Below, piece after piece: positions 13,787 through 27,332 of a DNA stretch of 64,000 nt. This stretch comes from Octopus sinensis (Eukaryota): the NCBI RefSeq assembly GCF_006345805.1, contig NC_043006.1:102858001-102922000 (forward strand), given 5' to 3'. Positions within the stretch are counted from its first letter, which is position 1; the number at the start of each line of letters is the position of its first letter. The notes beneath the pieces are model-generated. The model saw nothing but the letters and a program-made list of their open reading frames with translations. It did no database searches and had not been told where the DNA came from. The position numbers and the translations under genes were made by a program.

Positions 13787-14029
13787 GTATATATACACGC
13801 ACACAAGTATATGTATGTGGGTATGTCTGTGTGTGTGTATATGTGTGTGCATATGTATATATGTTCATGTAAACGTGAACACATATGTATGTATAACCGC
13901 ATAAATCGCAAAATTTTTAGAACATTTTTCATAGCCTCACTTACATATGTTTCTGTATCGGAACACTTGCGCCGACTAATACAAGCTCTCACATATGTAT
14001 CGTATGCAGGTGCGTGCGGCCGCCGTGTA

Positions 14030-14083
<54 letters not shown>

Positions 14084-14281
14084 TGAGTGTGTGTGTCTGT
14101 GTGTTTCATAGAGTACAGTTGGAACTACATATACACTCGCATCAATTTGTGCAGCAGACGTTGAAATATAAAGAGAAATAAAAATCATTAAAACGCAACT
14201 GCTAAACTACATGCTCTTGTTTAACATGACCCATACACACACACACATATACATATATAATACATTTACATTCATATCTAA

Positions 14282-14323
<42 letters not shown>

Positions 14324-14366
14324 TGTGTGTGTGTGTGTGTGTTTGTATGTGTGTGTGTGTATATAC

Positions 14367-14397
<31 letters not shown>

Positions 14398-15169
14398 ATT
14401 ATATATATAATCTATATATATATAATATATAATATATATAATATATATTATATATTATAGGTATATATATGAATATATATATATTATAGATTATATAATA
14501 TATACATCAATACACATGAATAAGTACATTTGTACATACAAATACATATGCTAACACATACATACAAGTTATACAACACAATCATACACACACGCATATA
14601 TATATATATATATATATAATATATAAGATAATATTTTTTTTTTACACACAAACGCTGTTTAAAACGAGCTAGCGTAGAAGTACTCAGAAAATTGTGTAGA
14701 GTATAACTATATTTTCTTTGCAGATACAGTATGCCACCTCCTCAAGTGTAATGGCTACTTGATCAACCAGATAATCATGTTAGTTTGGTATTAAAAGAAA
14801 AAATAAATAAATAAATGTGCACATATCCAAGATGGCTTCTGGGCCTCACCATTTCATTGGTTAGAAGAGAGCAAATTAGTTACACAGAACGGGCGATAAT
14901 ACGTAACTGAAAAATAACATTTTTCTTCAAGACAAATGTTTTCTTTTACTTAAATGTTAAAATTTAATTGCAATCTTTGGTTTACTGAAATTGTTATCAA
15001 ATTATTATTTCGTTTGTGGGTTGTGTTTCCTAAGTATCCTTTCTGACATATATTGCACAAAGAAGGCACAACTGTACTTGGCATTTTAGTGGGTGACAAC
15101 TTTACCAGTTGAATCTCATGCTACTACTTGAGTCGTTTGCACGTTGTGGGTTCCACTAGTCGACATTTC

Positions 15170-15800
15170 AAAATATACTTGTATAAGAATATGGCTGAAA
15201 ATTAACAGCTCATAATTCTTTGCATGGAGGCATAAAGAAAAGATTTCTTCTTTCGTTTTAAGAACGCAGCTATTTAGAGACAAAAATAGTTTTTTAGCCT
15301 TGCACATATACGATAGTAGATCCCAGAGCCATTATATTCTTTTGCCTTCGCAATAATACTCCACTTTATTGTGGGATTTCTTTCTCTTATCGCTTCTAGG
15401 AACCAGATAAATTTCGAATGGTGTTATTATATTCTGAATGTAAACGAATGGGTGTGTAAAATACATTAAAACTTAAAGGTATTCTCCGTTATCCCTAAAT
15501 GCATTCTGATTGTTTCTGATTTTATGGTATGTCGATTCTACAGCTAGTATGTATAGTATACCTTATAAGAATTTTCTATTCGAAAGGCACCTCATCTTAT
15601 ATTTACAATTGCATTAAAGCTGGGTTGTTCGTCTGCTGTTTAGAGATTTTGAATTTCGGTAAGCGATTCTACATCCCCCATACACCTTTCACTGGTCATA
15701 AATGTTAATAAATTCATCATCAACGTTTATATGCATTCATTGCTTCATCTTCAAAAGGAAATAGCATCGGCGTGTCATGCTGCCTCTCTGTAATAGGCAG
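15170..15800 (-). pseudogene. Penelope-like GIY-YIG relic
   Basis: CNCKYKMRCLSNRKFL*GILYIL; FIWFLE..IKWSIIAKAKEYNGSG; KEEIFSLCLHAKNY. Confidence 0.65.
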
Positions 15801-15949
15801 GATAATGTGATTTGTGTAGACGCTGGCGATGGACTTAGAAGTTTGCCTGTTAAGCTTATGAATTTAACGTTTATTGTTTCAGTGACAGAAACAAAAAAAA
15901 AGTCCTATAAAATACTACATACAATTATCCAAAAATAAACTCACCCATG

Positions 15950-16200
15950 TAACCCCTTAACGTACTAAAGAAACAACTTATGCAATATATACAAGAAATT
16001 CCTACTTGCTCGCTACAAGGTAAAATTTAGAAAGATGAATTAGCCATGGGTACTGCCTTGGGGCGCACGTTTGCAGCGTTCTATGCGGATTTAATGGAGA
16101 ACAACGTTGTACCAAGTCACACATATACAGCAGACATGAGGTACTGGGCTCACCACAGGACATCGATCATTTAAAAAAGAAATCGCTTTCTTAAACTAAA
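15950..16200 (+). pseudogene. Penelope-like RT fragment
   Basis: KDELAMGTALGRTFAAFYADLMENNV matches DGVAMGSPLGPTFANFYM. Confidence 0.6.
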
Positions 16201-16329
16201 TATCCAGGGCAATGTATTAGGTTGCTTCTTTTTCACATGAAATGTTGCATTTTTAATTACTTTTTATTTCAGTCATTCAAAAACTCAATCTTGTATTTAA
16301 TTTTGACTCTTTCTTTCCCAACAATATTG

Positions 16330-17450
16330 GGATACAAAATTCGTACCCACAGAACTTATGAAAATGATAACAACCAAACTATGTTGAGTGGTTTTCATGT
16401 ATGAGTAGAAACTGGATCACTCTGCCGCAGAAGCTCTACGGAATAGCAAGCGGGCCTTTGGTAATGGTTTTGTTGACATCAGAACTATTCAGAGATGGTT
16501 CCAAAGCTCTCGTTCAGAAGATGATAGCCTCGAAAATAAACCAAGATGTAGGCCGAAATCAGTTATTCGGCATGATGGATTAAATGATTTGGTTGATGAA
16601 AGGTCCGAAAACTCTCATCAGAACTCCGAACATCTCGCACAACTGTTTTTGGACACCTGTAAAGAGTTGGAAAAGTCATGAAAACGTATAGGTCTGTTCC
16701 ACATCAACTGAACGAGATTAAAAAAAGAAAAGTCAGATGCCTCGAAGTGTGCTCTTTATTGCTTTCTCGACTGGAAAAAGACCATTTTTGCATCAAATCA
16801 TTACTTGTTATGAAAAATGGATACTCTTTGACAACAGCAGGAGAACAGGACAGTGATTAGATGCAAGAGAGTCATCTAGACACTTCCTAAATCCACCATT
16901 AAACCATAAAATTTTAGTGGTCGCTGTATGGTGGTCTGCGAAGGGAGTTATTCATTATTCCTTTTTGCAACAACGAAAAAAGTAACAGCAACATCGTATT
17001 GCCAGGAAAATGATTGTATGCATGAAAATTGGAAAAAGAAGTAACCGAGTCTAATGAACAGAGATTGCCCAATTATGCTCCACGACATTGCACGTCCTCA
17101 CGCACCTCAAGCTACTGTCCAAATGTTGCAAAGCCTGAATTATGAGAGTTTGCAACATCCTCCTTATTCCGCTGATATCTCTCCAACTGATCATCACTTA
17201 TTTAAGCATTTTGAGCTTTTCATAAGCAATAAAACATTCTTAAATAGAGAAGAGGTAATTGAAGCATTCGGACAGTTTATCACAGCAAACGATGATTTTT
17301 TTCCTTAAAGATGGAATATATGACATAGAAAAACGTTGGGTAAACATCATAAATGAATATGGATCATAGTTTGATTAAATAAATCAGTTCCCCTAACGCT
17401 TCTGAAACATTTTAGTGTTACCTTTCAAATACATTTCATGTGAAACAACT
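16330..17450 (+). mobile_element. Near full-length dead mariner transposon
   Basis: SVPHQL (WVPHEL), IITCYEKW (TGDEKW), LHDIARPH, HPPYSADISPTDHHLF (D34D); frameshifts and stops. Confidence 0.9.
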
Positions 17451-17535
17451 TAATAAATGGTAATAAAACGATTTCGTATCTGGACATAAATATTTCAGAC
17501 AGAAAAGATATCTATCTATCTATCTATCTATCTAC

Positions 17536-17617
<82 letters not shown>

Positions 17618-17809
17618 GTATGTCTGTCTGTCTATCTGTGTATCTGCCTGCCTGCTTCTCTGTCTGTCTATCCGCCTGTCCGTGTGTTCGTCTCTCCGTA
17701 CGTCCGTCTGTCTGTCTGTCTATCCGCCTGTCCGTGTGTTCGTCTGTCCGTTTGTCCGTCCCTCCGTCTGTCTGTCTGTCTGTCCGTCCGTCCGTCCGTC
17801 CGTTCGTCC

Positions 17810-17840
<31 letters not shown>

Positions 17841-17904
17841 AACGTTCTCTGTCATGGTCAATACGACGACCTCATGCTACGCACATTCCTTCCAAGCACT
17901 GCTG

Positions 17905-18010
17905 TAAACAGCGGAAGTGAGCTGGAACGTTAAAACTTAGTGCGCATGTACAGCAGAGTTTAAGCGGTTTCACTCAGCGTGATTTAGCTTCGTTACTATA
18001 GCAACAGTCC
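17905..18010. promoter_or_regulatory. Candidate promoter motif cluster (ETS, NRF1 half-site, RFX X-box)
   Basis: CGGAAGTG 17912-17919, TGCGCATG 17941-17948 and near-palindromic GTTACTATAGCAAC 17992-18005, in CpG-containing unique sequence. Confidence 0.35.
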
Positions 18011-18039
18011 GGATACCTATTGATCAGCCCACGTATGCA

Positions 18040-18262
18040 TATCTATACATGTGTATATATGTGACTGTGTTTTCCCCACCACAACTGCTACACCACCGGT
18101 GTTGAGGTGTTTATGTCCCTGTAACTTAGCAAAAAAAAAAAGAACGATGCAATAAGTACTACGCTTAAAAAAGTACTAGGGCCGGTTCTTTCCACTAAAA
18201 CACTTTAAGGCGGTGCTCCAGCGTGGCCGCAGTCTAATGACTGAAACAAGTAAAATAAAAAA
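18040..18262 (+). mobile_element. SINE family C, 3' half
   Basis: GGCGGTGCTCCAGCGTGGCCGCAGTC..TGACTGAAACAAGTAAA tail shared with 31800-32192. Confidence 0.8.
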
Positions 18263-18799
18263 TACACAACAGAAGTCACGTGCAAAGATATACAGGTGAC
18301 TATTGATGTATATAGATCTAACGGTCAAATGTGAAATTGAGATAATGCTTATACCAATGATATTGTCCTTGGCTTCTGAAAGAGACAGCAGCACATATTT
18401 GACATCATTTGATTCCGAAGAAAAGCTTATGAAGGTCGATGTATATTGGTTGTGGATTTAAAAGGTTTACTGCTCCCGAGAAAGGAAGAAATTAAAGGGA
18501 ACTCAGTGGAAAATGTGGAAAAAAGCCTTGCTCTACCAAGAACACAATCCTGTACATAATATAATGTCTAGAAGAAAACTGCACCCATATATATATACTT
18601 ACACTCCTACACATATACTCATAAATACATACATTGATACTTAAAACACACACAAACACACACACATACACATACACACACGCAAACGTGCACATTGTAC
18701 GAACGGTCATTGGACGATTGGGTATTGAAATGATTTCATAGAATGATTATGTAGATCAATTTTAAATACAGAACAAATTTTAAATATCAAATAACTGCT

Positions 18800-21000
18800 A
18801 CAATTCCGTTAGTTAAGTTCTACAGATCGCAGATAATTAGTCGATCTTTAACAGCAAGGTATCAGGTTACAATTTTCTTTAATCGGTTGTTCATTGCATC
18901 GTAATTTTTCTTGGTGTGCCATTAAAAGCAATCAGCACCACCAGTTGCTCGGTAAATATTTCATTTGCACCTTGCTCGCGTTTAATTACTTTTTTCACGT
19001 CTACACGTAGGATGAGTATGAACAACAATTTTGCTAAATGCATAGTGCTAAACACTTCAAGCTATTATTAGTTCGCGACACAAGTTCTTATACACTCTAG
19101 CATTGCATCGGAAATCTCATTGAAGAGGCCGCATGCGATTAGTTTCAGTTTCATACAAATATTTATCTTTGTCGCTCAGTGTTTCAACAAGTCTTCAAAT
19201 CTGTGTGGGTCATTAACTAGAGAAACTAAGGTTGATGTGCTGATAACGCCTTTTGGGTTCGAGCATTTTGAATTCTAATTTAAAATTTTGAGAAGCTTCC
19301 CACATGCAAGGAAGCTATCGAAACGTATCTGAAACGGTCTTGCTAGAGTTTCTGGCCATTCTTTAAGAAACTCACTGGAAAACTATTAGGGTTAGTTGTT
19401 GAGTTCAAGCTAATTTCATCAAGGGCTGTTATAACATCTTCCCATTCTACGTCGTCGTAATCAATGGTTGTCACTTCCCTAAGTAAAAGTAGTTTATTTA
19501 TTGGTATATATTCTGCGAGAGATGAAAATCCTTTGAAATCGTTCACTTTACTTACCTATTAGGAGTCGGCTGTTAATGAGCTCTTTCCTTCGAAAATGGC
19601 CCTATTTTATAATGTCAATTATAACATTGGAGTTAATTTTGTTTCGAATTTATTGAGAAACTTCGAGTTCGTTTTTATAACTCTCCAGATAAACAGACAA
19701 CTTCTCTTTCTGTCCTCTTCTTTAAATGGTAGTTTGAGGTTATTTTCAAACTCAAAGGATATCTTTTTAAAGACGGACCCTGTATTTTGTCTGCTTATAT
19801 ATTCGATTAAAATATTTACAAGCTTATCCAAAACGTGCATAAGCTGATTAAATAATGCACATTTTTTCATTCTTTTGTGATTTTCTACAATACTCTGTGG
19901 CCTTATACAATATTTATTCGGTGGTTAGATTTCGAATCAGCAAACTGGACAAGCAACGGGAAATAAATTTACTACCAACATGGGCTACAGTGGTTTTTAC
20001 CGGCCAATTTAGATCCCTACAGAGTGCCTATAATGTATTTTGCTTGGATTTTCATGTCTTTTTCTTTTGTGTCGCACATACATACATACATACATACATA
20101 CATACATACGTACGTACGTACATACATACATACATATATACGTACGTACGTACGTACATACATACATACATACATACATACATACATACATACATACATA
20201 CATACATACATACATACATACATACATACATGTATACATACATACGTACACACATACATACATGCGTACACACATACATGCATACATACATACATACGTA
20301 CGTATGTATACATACCTACGTACATACATACACACGTACGTATGTATACATACATGCATACATACGTACACACATACATACATGCATACACACATACATG
20401 TATGCACACATACATAGACACATACATATATAAAGATATGAGAGAAAAAAATAGAATTCCAGTAGCACATACTTCCATACTATTGTTCACATCAGGTAGC
20501 CGATTACTGCGAATCAGCTTTAAACGGTATACTACAGGGTTTATACTCGAATATAAGACTCTTACATAAATGTATGCATATGCATATATGTGTATGCGCG
20601 CCAGTGTATGCCTGTGTCTGTGTATGCGTGTGCATGCCTGTATGTATATGTATGTATATGTGTGTGTGTTTGTGTGTGTGTGCATGCGCTTGTGTATGTG
20701 TGTGTCTGCGAATGCATGTATAAATATATATATATATGTATATAACTGTATATCCATCACTCAAACATTTCAAGCAGTTCATACTTCCTAAAATCTATTA
20801 CGAGAGTGACTTTCTCTTTTAATGATATTCATGGTGTTTGTCTCCCACGACATAATCACACCAGCAAAACAAATATTCCTCTTCTATTTACTCCATACTC
20901 ACATTCTCCGATTTTACGTCATTTTCAGCCAATTCTAATCTCTTTACAAATCATTTGAGCAGCCTTCCATTCTTACTGCACTTTACACAACACACACACA
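18800..21000 (-). mobile_element. Possible very old DNA transposon (hAT-like) broken by microsatellites
   Basis: Protein-like frame remnants at 19343-19870 and a weak hAT dimerisation-like stretch near 18870; no unambiguous motif. Confidence 0.25.
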
Positions 21001-21318
21001 CATACATTCATACATACATACATACATAAATACATTCATACATACATACATACATACATACATACATACATACATACATAAATACATTCATACATACATT
21101 CATACATACATACATACATAAATACATTCATACATACATACATACATACATAGATACATACATAAATACATACATACATACATACATACATACATACATA
21201 AATACATGCATACATACATACACACATACATACATACATACATACATACATACATACATACATAAATACATACATACATACATGCATGCATACATACATA
21301 CATACATACATACATACA

Positions 21319-21354
<36 letters not shown>

Positions 21355-21357
21355 TAT

Positions 21358-21421
<64 letters not shown>

Positions 21422-21523
21422 TGGTAAAAACGGTAAGATAACAAAAGAAAGAAAGAGACCTCAATATTATGTAAATAGAGGAAATTTATCTGTAAAATAA
21501 AATAATATATAATAATACATACG

Positions 21524-21574
<51 letters not shown>

Positions 21575-22869
21575 GTATATATATATGTGTGTGTATATGT
21601 GCATGTATAAATGTAGACTGGTATGCATGTAGCTGGTGTTTACGAAGTTTTAAACAGGAATTATTTATCTCTTCTCTATTTTCAATTATTATAATCTAAT
21701 GTTGCTATAGAATAGGCACTCCTTTGATTCCTTAGCACCACAACCACACCACCACCACCACCACCACCACCACAACCACTATAACGATCACCACAACTCT
21801 ACCGCCATCACTCTCACCATAATCAACATCACTACTACCATCACTACTACAATTGCCACCAGAAGAAACCAAATCCAACAACAAAAAACACAGCAACATC
21901 AATCTAAATACCTAAATTATATGCCATTACACTTGTTAGCATTCATCGATTAATCTTTAATTTATATGACCACCGTCTTTCTCAAAGATTGCCGCAACAT
22001 GTTTTCTGTTTCTTAATTTGTTTTTGCATTTTTTCTCTTAGTGAAATCAACTTCTCTGGCCTTATTTTTTTTTGTCGTTTCTCTTGCCTTCATTTGTTAT
22101 TTTCTCTCAATTCCAAGTAATATGAAGATCAATAAAATATTTACAGGACAACAACACACTCACAGACATTACAAGAATATTTCTCTCAATTCTACACACT
22201 TTACTTTCACTTTTGGAGTCTTTTCCAGTCGTTTTAGTTTTTTGCAGCCATTCTTTTGTTCTTGCCAGACAAACATCGTTTATTTATTCTTTGTTTTATT
22301 CTTTATATTTTTTGCGTTGTTTTCCTTCCTATGTTTATTTCTCACTTTCGTTTATCGTTATTTCTTTTGTTGTATGTTTTTCTCTTTCACGTATGTTTTC
22401 TTTCTACCATATTCTCAATATTTTCTTCATTCATATTTATTTCTTCCTTCATTCTTTAACTGTAGTCTGATTTCTTCTCATCCCCTTTTTATTCGTTCAC
22501 ATTTGTTTCTTATTTTATATTTTCATCATTTAATCCTTTATAACTTTTTGCTTATATATTTTCCAAGTTTTTCTTCACAGAACTTTCTTCTTTTCATCTT
22601 TCCTTTTCACTCCTATAGTCTCTGATTTAATAACTGTTTTCTTCTTTCTCTCTCCGTTTCTCATTTTCTCATTAACCTTTCCTCCAGAAGCTCTAAATTT
22701 CTTTCTAAATTTTGATTATTTCTTCTATTTCTCGCTATATTTTCACTGTCGGTATCACATCAGTAGCAACTCAACTACTTCCTTTATCAAATACTTCTCT
22801 TTCCATTTTAAATGTTATTCATTTTCACTTTCTCTCAGCTACGTCCCTCTCTTAATATATATTCCATCT

Positions 22870-23090
22870 TTCTCTCTATTTGCCTCACGTCCACCACAAC
22901 AATAGATCATCCTACCATAGACACTTAGAAAACACTGCATCACTATCCAAACACATATAGGAATTAAAGCAAACGGCTGGAAACCTGAACATCACCTGGG
23001 AAATCATAAACAGAGCAACAACGTTTAAGAACTGATCTACGCTTTGTGAGCTTTTGTCTTTCGAATAAGTTCCCGCTTCTCATTCTAATT
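22870..23090 (+). pseudogene. Penelope-like GIY-YIG C-terminal relic
   Basis: HHNNRSSYHRHLENTASLSKHI*ELKQ..NITWEIINRA. Confidence 0.65.
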
Positions 23091-23369
23091 CTAACCAAAC
23101 TAACATTTCCCGACTTGTCGCTTTACACCAAATTTCCTGATGGTTAATTTAGAAGCATAATACCATACAGAAAGTATTTATAACGTTATCCATGATCTGA
23201 CCAATCATTGACATCTAACATTTTTATTTTCCATTGTTTTGGGGCAGCTGATATGTACGGTAGATTGTAAAGCATATACTATACTTCTTTTAGGTCTGAT
23301 TGCAAAGTCATACTTGCGAACATATCGTGTGTTTGTGTTTGTGTGCAAGTGTGTATATATATATACATG

Positions 23370-23620
23370 TGTGTGTGTGTGGACATGCGTGGTCGAATGA
23401 TTAGGGTGTCAGGCTCAGAGTTTTATGGTCGTGGGTTCGATTTCTAGACTGAGTTGTACGTTCTGTCTTTTAGAAATGCACGATTCCACGTTGCTCTAGT
23501 CTACTCTGTTGCAAATGAGCCCTCGTATAGTGCTGGTACAACCATCTTTCTCACCATCTGTGGCATGCTAGCTGGCTCAAGGGAGGCTGAACCGAGAGAT
23601 GGCTGTCTGCTTACAACTAC
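23370..23620 (+). mobile_element. Degenerate tRNA-derived SINE
   Basis: B-box GGGTTCGATTTC; body CACGTTGCTCTAGTCTACTC resembles 33870-34200. Confidence 0.5.
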
Positions 23621-23780
23621 ATAAACAACTAAGGTAATTAGCGAAAGTGTGGTACGAGCTATCCGGTCATATAGGTCAGTTGGTGATGGCTAAGCTTATG
23701 TATGTATGTATGTATGTATGTATGTATGTATGTATGTATGTATGTATGTATGTATGTATGCATCTATGTATGTATGCATG

Positions 23781-24125
23781 CATGTATGCATGTATGTATG
23801 AGAGCTCAAAATCTCTCGTGGAAGCGTCATCCAACCAAAATGCAAATATATGGGAAATTACCACCTGTGTCATCTCTTGTGAAAGGTAGTAGAGTCCAGT
23901 TTGCTGGACATTGTTGTAGAGCTGAAAACGAGGAAATTTCTCCTCTTCTCCTCTGGAAGCCATCTACTCGCGATACCAGAGAGCGCACACTCTCCTACCC
24001 TGATGTAATCTCCAGGGATACAGGCATCCAGCAACAGGATCTCCGTAATGCCATGATGGACCGTGAAGTCTGGCATAGCATGGTAAATTCCCTTATCTCG
24101 ACCACGGTCGAACAATGATGATGAT
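23781..24125 (+). mobile_element. RTE/RTEX-like LINE 3' end, reading frame still open
   Basis: RAQNLSWKRHPTKMQIYGKLPPVS..VQFAGHCCRA..LLLWKP..DREVWHSMV..EQ*, followed by a (TGA)n tail. Confidence 0.85.
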
Positions 24126-24339
24126 GTATGTATGTATGTATGATGTATGTATGTATGTATGCATGCATGTATGTATGCATGCATGCATGTATGTATGTAT
24201 GTATGTATGTATGTATGTATGTATGTATGTATGTATGTATGCATGTATGTATGTATGTATGTATGTATGTATGTATGTATGTATGTATGCATGTATGTAT
24301 GTATGCATGTATATATGCATGTATGTATGCATGTATTTT

Positions 24340-24590
24340 GTGGAGGCGCAATGGCCCAGTGGTTAGGGCAGCGGACTCGCGGTCGGAGGATCGTGGTTTC
24401 GATTCCTAGAACGGGCGTTGTGTGTGTTTATTGAGCGAAAACACCTAAAGCTCCACGATGCTCCGGGAAGGGGTGGTGGCGACCCCTTTTGTACTCTTTC
24501 GCCCCAACTTACTCTAGGGGGAACACATACGCCACAGAAACCGGGAAATCGGGTCCATGAACATGGCTACGCTTGAAAAGGGCGCATAAA
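24340..24590 (+). mobile_element. SINE family B with internal deletion
   Basis: tRNA-Arg-like head; aligns to the reverse complement of 3092-3395 but lacks part of the central domain. Confidence 0.85.
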
Positions 24591-25744
24591 TAAAAAAAAT
24601 TGTATGTATGTATGTGTATGCTTATGCGTGCGCGAGTATGTGTTCAAACGAGTGAAAATTAGTCTTTTAGAAGTACAGTGTCATAAAATTTTTGAATATA
24701 AACTAAAATGACTCGGTATTACAATTACCAGAAGTACAACTTTAAAATTTTCTAAGTACGATAAAAATAATTCAAGAAAAGGTGTGTATATTTAGGGAGA
24801 AGCAGGAGTGGAAGCAGGAAGAGTAGAAAAAAAAAGAGAGTGTGGGAGTGTGTGTGAGACTGGAGAAAGAAAGAGAGAGAAAGAGAGAGAGAGAGAGAGA
24901 GTGAGAGAGAGAGAATTTTAGCTATATGTAGTGGTAAGAGAGAAAAGGAAGGCGTGCATTTAATAGCGAGCACGTTAAATTTGAAACGAACAAAGCTGGA
25001 AGTTGGTAGGTGTGCGCTCCACTACTTGCAATATATATCGGGTGCAGATTGCATCGATTAACCCGCTGGGGTTAAAATGGTAGTAACGCCGGTTCCTACA
25101 GAACAACCAGGTTCAAGTGGTGCCAAACATTACTTCTCAGCATAGTTACTGCTTCCATCTCTTATAAAGATTTTCTAACTGGTTAATTTGCTTATTGCAA
25201 AGAATAATGTAAACTGTAAAATAATGTAAAATACATCTAGAAGGAAAAGAAATTGAAAATATTTGTAAAGAATTTATAATTGGCTAACAATGGCTTTGAA
25301 ACGGAATTCTTGCATAAGGAATAAGCTGAAGGGAACGCATAGCTTGCTTTGGCATGATTTATGCCTTTTTAGTTTGTTTTTTCTTTTGTGTGTGGAGAAT
25401 ACTAACTCTGTTAATAGCGTTAAAGAATCGGAGATTCGCTCTTATATCATGTGATAGGAATTAGGAGCCGATTGAAATGTATGAGTATTTTAGAATGTTT
25501 ATGCAACTGTAGGAAAGGCTAGTATGAAGTTACTGTTAAGGAAGAATCCGTGATAAAATATTTTGTTCGAGTTCCTGAAATGTATGATCAAAATTGTATA
25601 CTGATTTATTTGAAATAGTGTTCTTGGGATTCACGGTCAAACGGCTAGGTGGAATTGCGCGAAAACTTACACAGATGTGTAGAATGATCTGGTGGTGTTG
25701 CTGGGCTTTGTAGTTTTTCAAAGCTCCCATGGTTACCGAGATAA

Positions 25745-25926
25745 TCTACTATAATAATACTCTTGTATTTATGAATGACAAAGGAAGGGGGTGATAGATG
25801 AATAAGGAAGGAAGGGGTGATGTCATACTTGGTAGTGGGATGATGAAAATTGTGCGCTGAAAAAAATTTATCAAACAGCGTTTCAACTCTGAATATATTT
25901 GTTTATATGTTATAGGGGGTATATAA

Positions 25927-25972
<46 letters not shown>

Positions 25973-26300
25973 GTTTGTGAGTGTGTGCAAGCGCGCAATG
26001 GAAGTGGGATGGTTAATATTCAATGCTGAAAAGAAAAATCAAACAGCGTTTCAAATCTGTGTATATGGTATTTACTTGCCAGTTCTTGTATTTAGTCACA
26101 CCCAGCTTTATGTGGCCTTAAGTCGGACAAGAAGGAAGGAAAATTCTTTTGAAGGAAACAAGCAGTCGAAGGATGTTAGTTGCGAACAGATTTTTCAAAA
26201 AAAAATTTAGTAATAAAAGAATCATTAAACCAAAATTTTGTACCTCATTTATATATAAAGTACCACAATTAACCGTCATTTTTGACGGCACGGAGACCAG
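25745..26300 (+). mobile_element. Non-autonomous Helitron retaining a Pif1 helicase motif relic
   Basis: A|TCTACTATAATAA start; GIYLPVLVFSHTQLYVALSR (Pif1 C-terminal motif) at about 26060-26130; hairpin CCGTCA-TTTT-TGACGG (26273-26288); end CCAG|T. Confidence 0.65.
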
Positions 26301-26414
26301 TTCGTAATTGAAAATGTTAAAGACGTTGAATTTTTGTGTCCCAAACTGTTTTTGAACCCATTATTTACATGCTAAAATTCTATGTGTTTTGGGAACCAAT
26401 TCCAAAAGATTTAT

Positions 26415-26481
<67 letters not shown>

Positions 26482-26488
26482 TAATAAT

Positions 26489-26632
26489 TGCACACAGCAC
26501 TACTAGGCACTGCACACATCCTACGCAGAACACTTTCCATACAGTAACCATCAGGGCATCACAACAAATCACACCATATACCCAAGGCACACAGAGCTGC
26601 GCACGGTAGTGAGTTGAAAGCACGCTATAAAA

Positions 26633-26633
<1 letters not shown>
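26489..26633 (+). mobile_element. R4/Dong-like LINE extreme 3' end inside (TAA)n
   Basis: ALLGTAHILRRTLSIQ* plus short 3' UTR, with (AAT)n on both sides. Confidence 0.75.
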
Positions 26634-26699
<66 letters not shown>

Positions 26700-26700
<1 letters not shown>

Positions 26701-27332
26701 TGCCCTGATGCAGTACCAATGCCCTGATGCAGTACCAATGCCCTGATGCAGTACCAATGCCCTGATGCAGTACCATAAATGCCCTGATGCAGTACCAGGC
26801 AGTGGCTCTCATGCCTTCTGATCTTAACTGATTGGAAGTGTTATCATGTACATTGTTTTGTCTTGGTATAAAAGATGGGCTACAGCAAATATTCTGCTCA
26901 ATACCACAGATTTGCTTGTTAGTTGTTTGACCTTAACCAGTTGAGCATGTCCCTTAGTGGCTGACGATATGTGCATCTCTGATCACGAGCAGAAGTAGTG
27001 GGGGAGCATCATAGCCATGTGTTGAGAAGGATTCTTGGGGTTTGAATAATTCACCTCTGGAAACATGGGTGTTTCGTTCAACGTCCTTAAATAACCCTTA
27101 TTCAAGGACCTTTGAGCGGGATGGGTTACTCGATCTGAAGAAAATTCTAACTGGGCTCCACCTGCAAGGTCATGTGCTGTTTATCTTGATATGAGATCAC
27201 CATGTCGCGCACATATGGTTGTGATGCATGTGCCTGGTGTACCCTTATCAGACGGGTAGTCATGATGGGTATACTGGGCTTCGTATATTTTACCCCAGTG
27301 TCACTTTGATGGCATGCTCTGCTCGCTCACTC
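26700..27332 (+). mobile_element. About 570-bp non-coding element in (TAA)n, copy 1 (strand arbitrary)
   Basis: Highly similar to the reverse complement of 46128-46699; five copies of ATGCCCTGATGCAGTACCA at one end; (AAT)n on both flanks. Confidence 0.85.

Noticed and set aside
14724-14751. Plus-strand acceptor followed by YSMPPPQV* (possible last exon)
   Set aside because: Too short; such signals occur by chance, and no partner exon was identified.
22041-22625. 194-aa hydrophobic ORF resembling a membrane protein (also 59267-59733)
   Set aside because: T-rich low-complexity DNA yields F/L/S/I runs; no motif or splice support.
24340-24420. tRNA-Arg-like gene (also other A/B-box heads)
   Set aside because: No complete cloverleaf; it continues into SINE body sequence repeated elsewhere.
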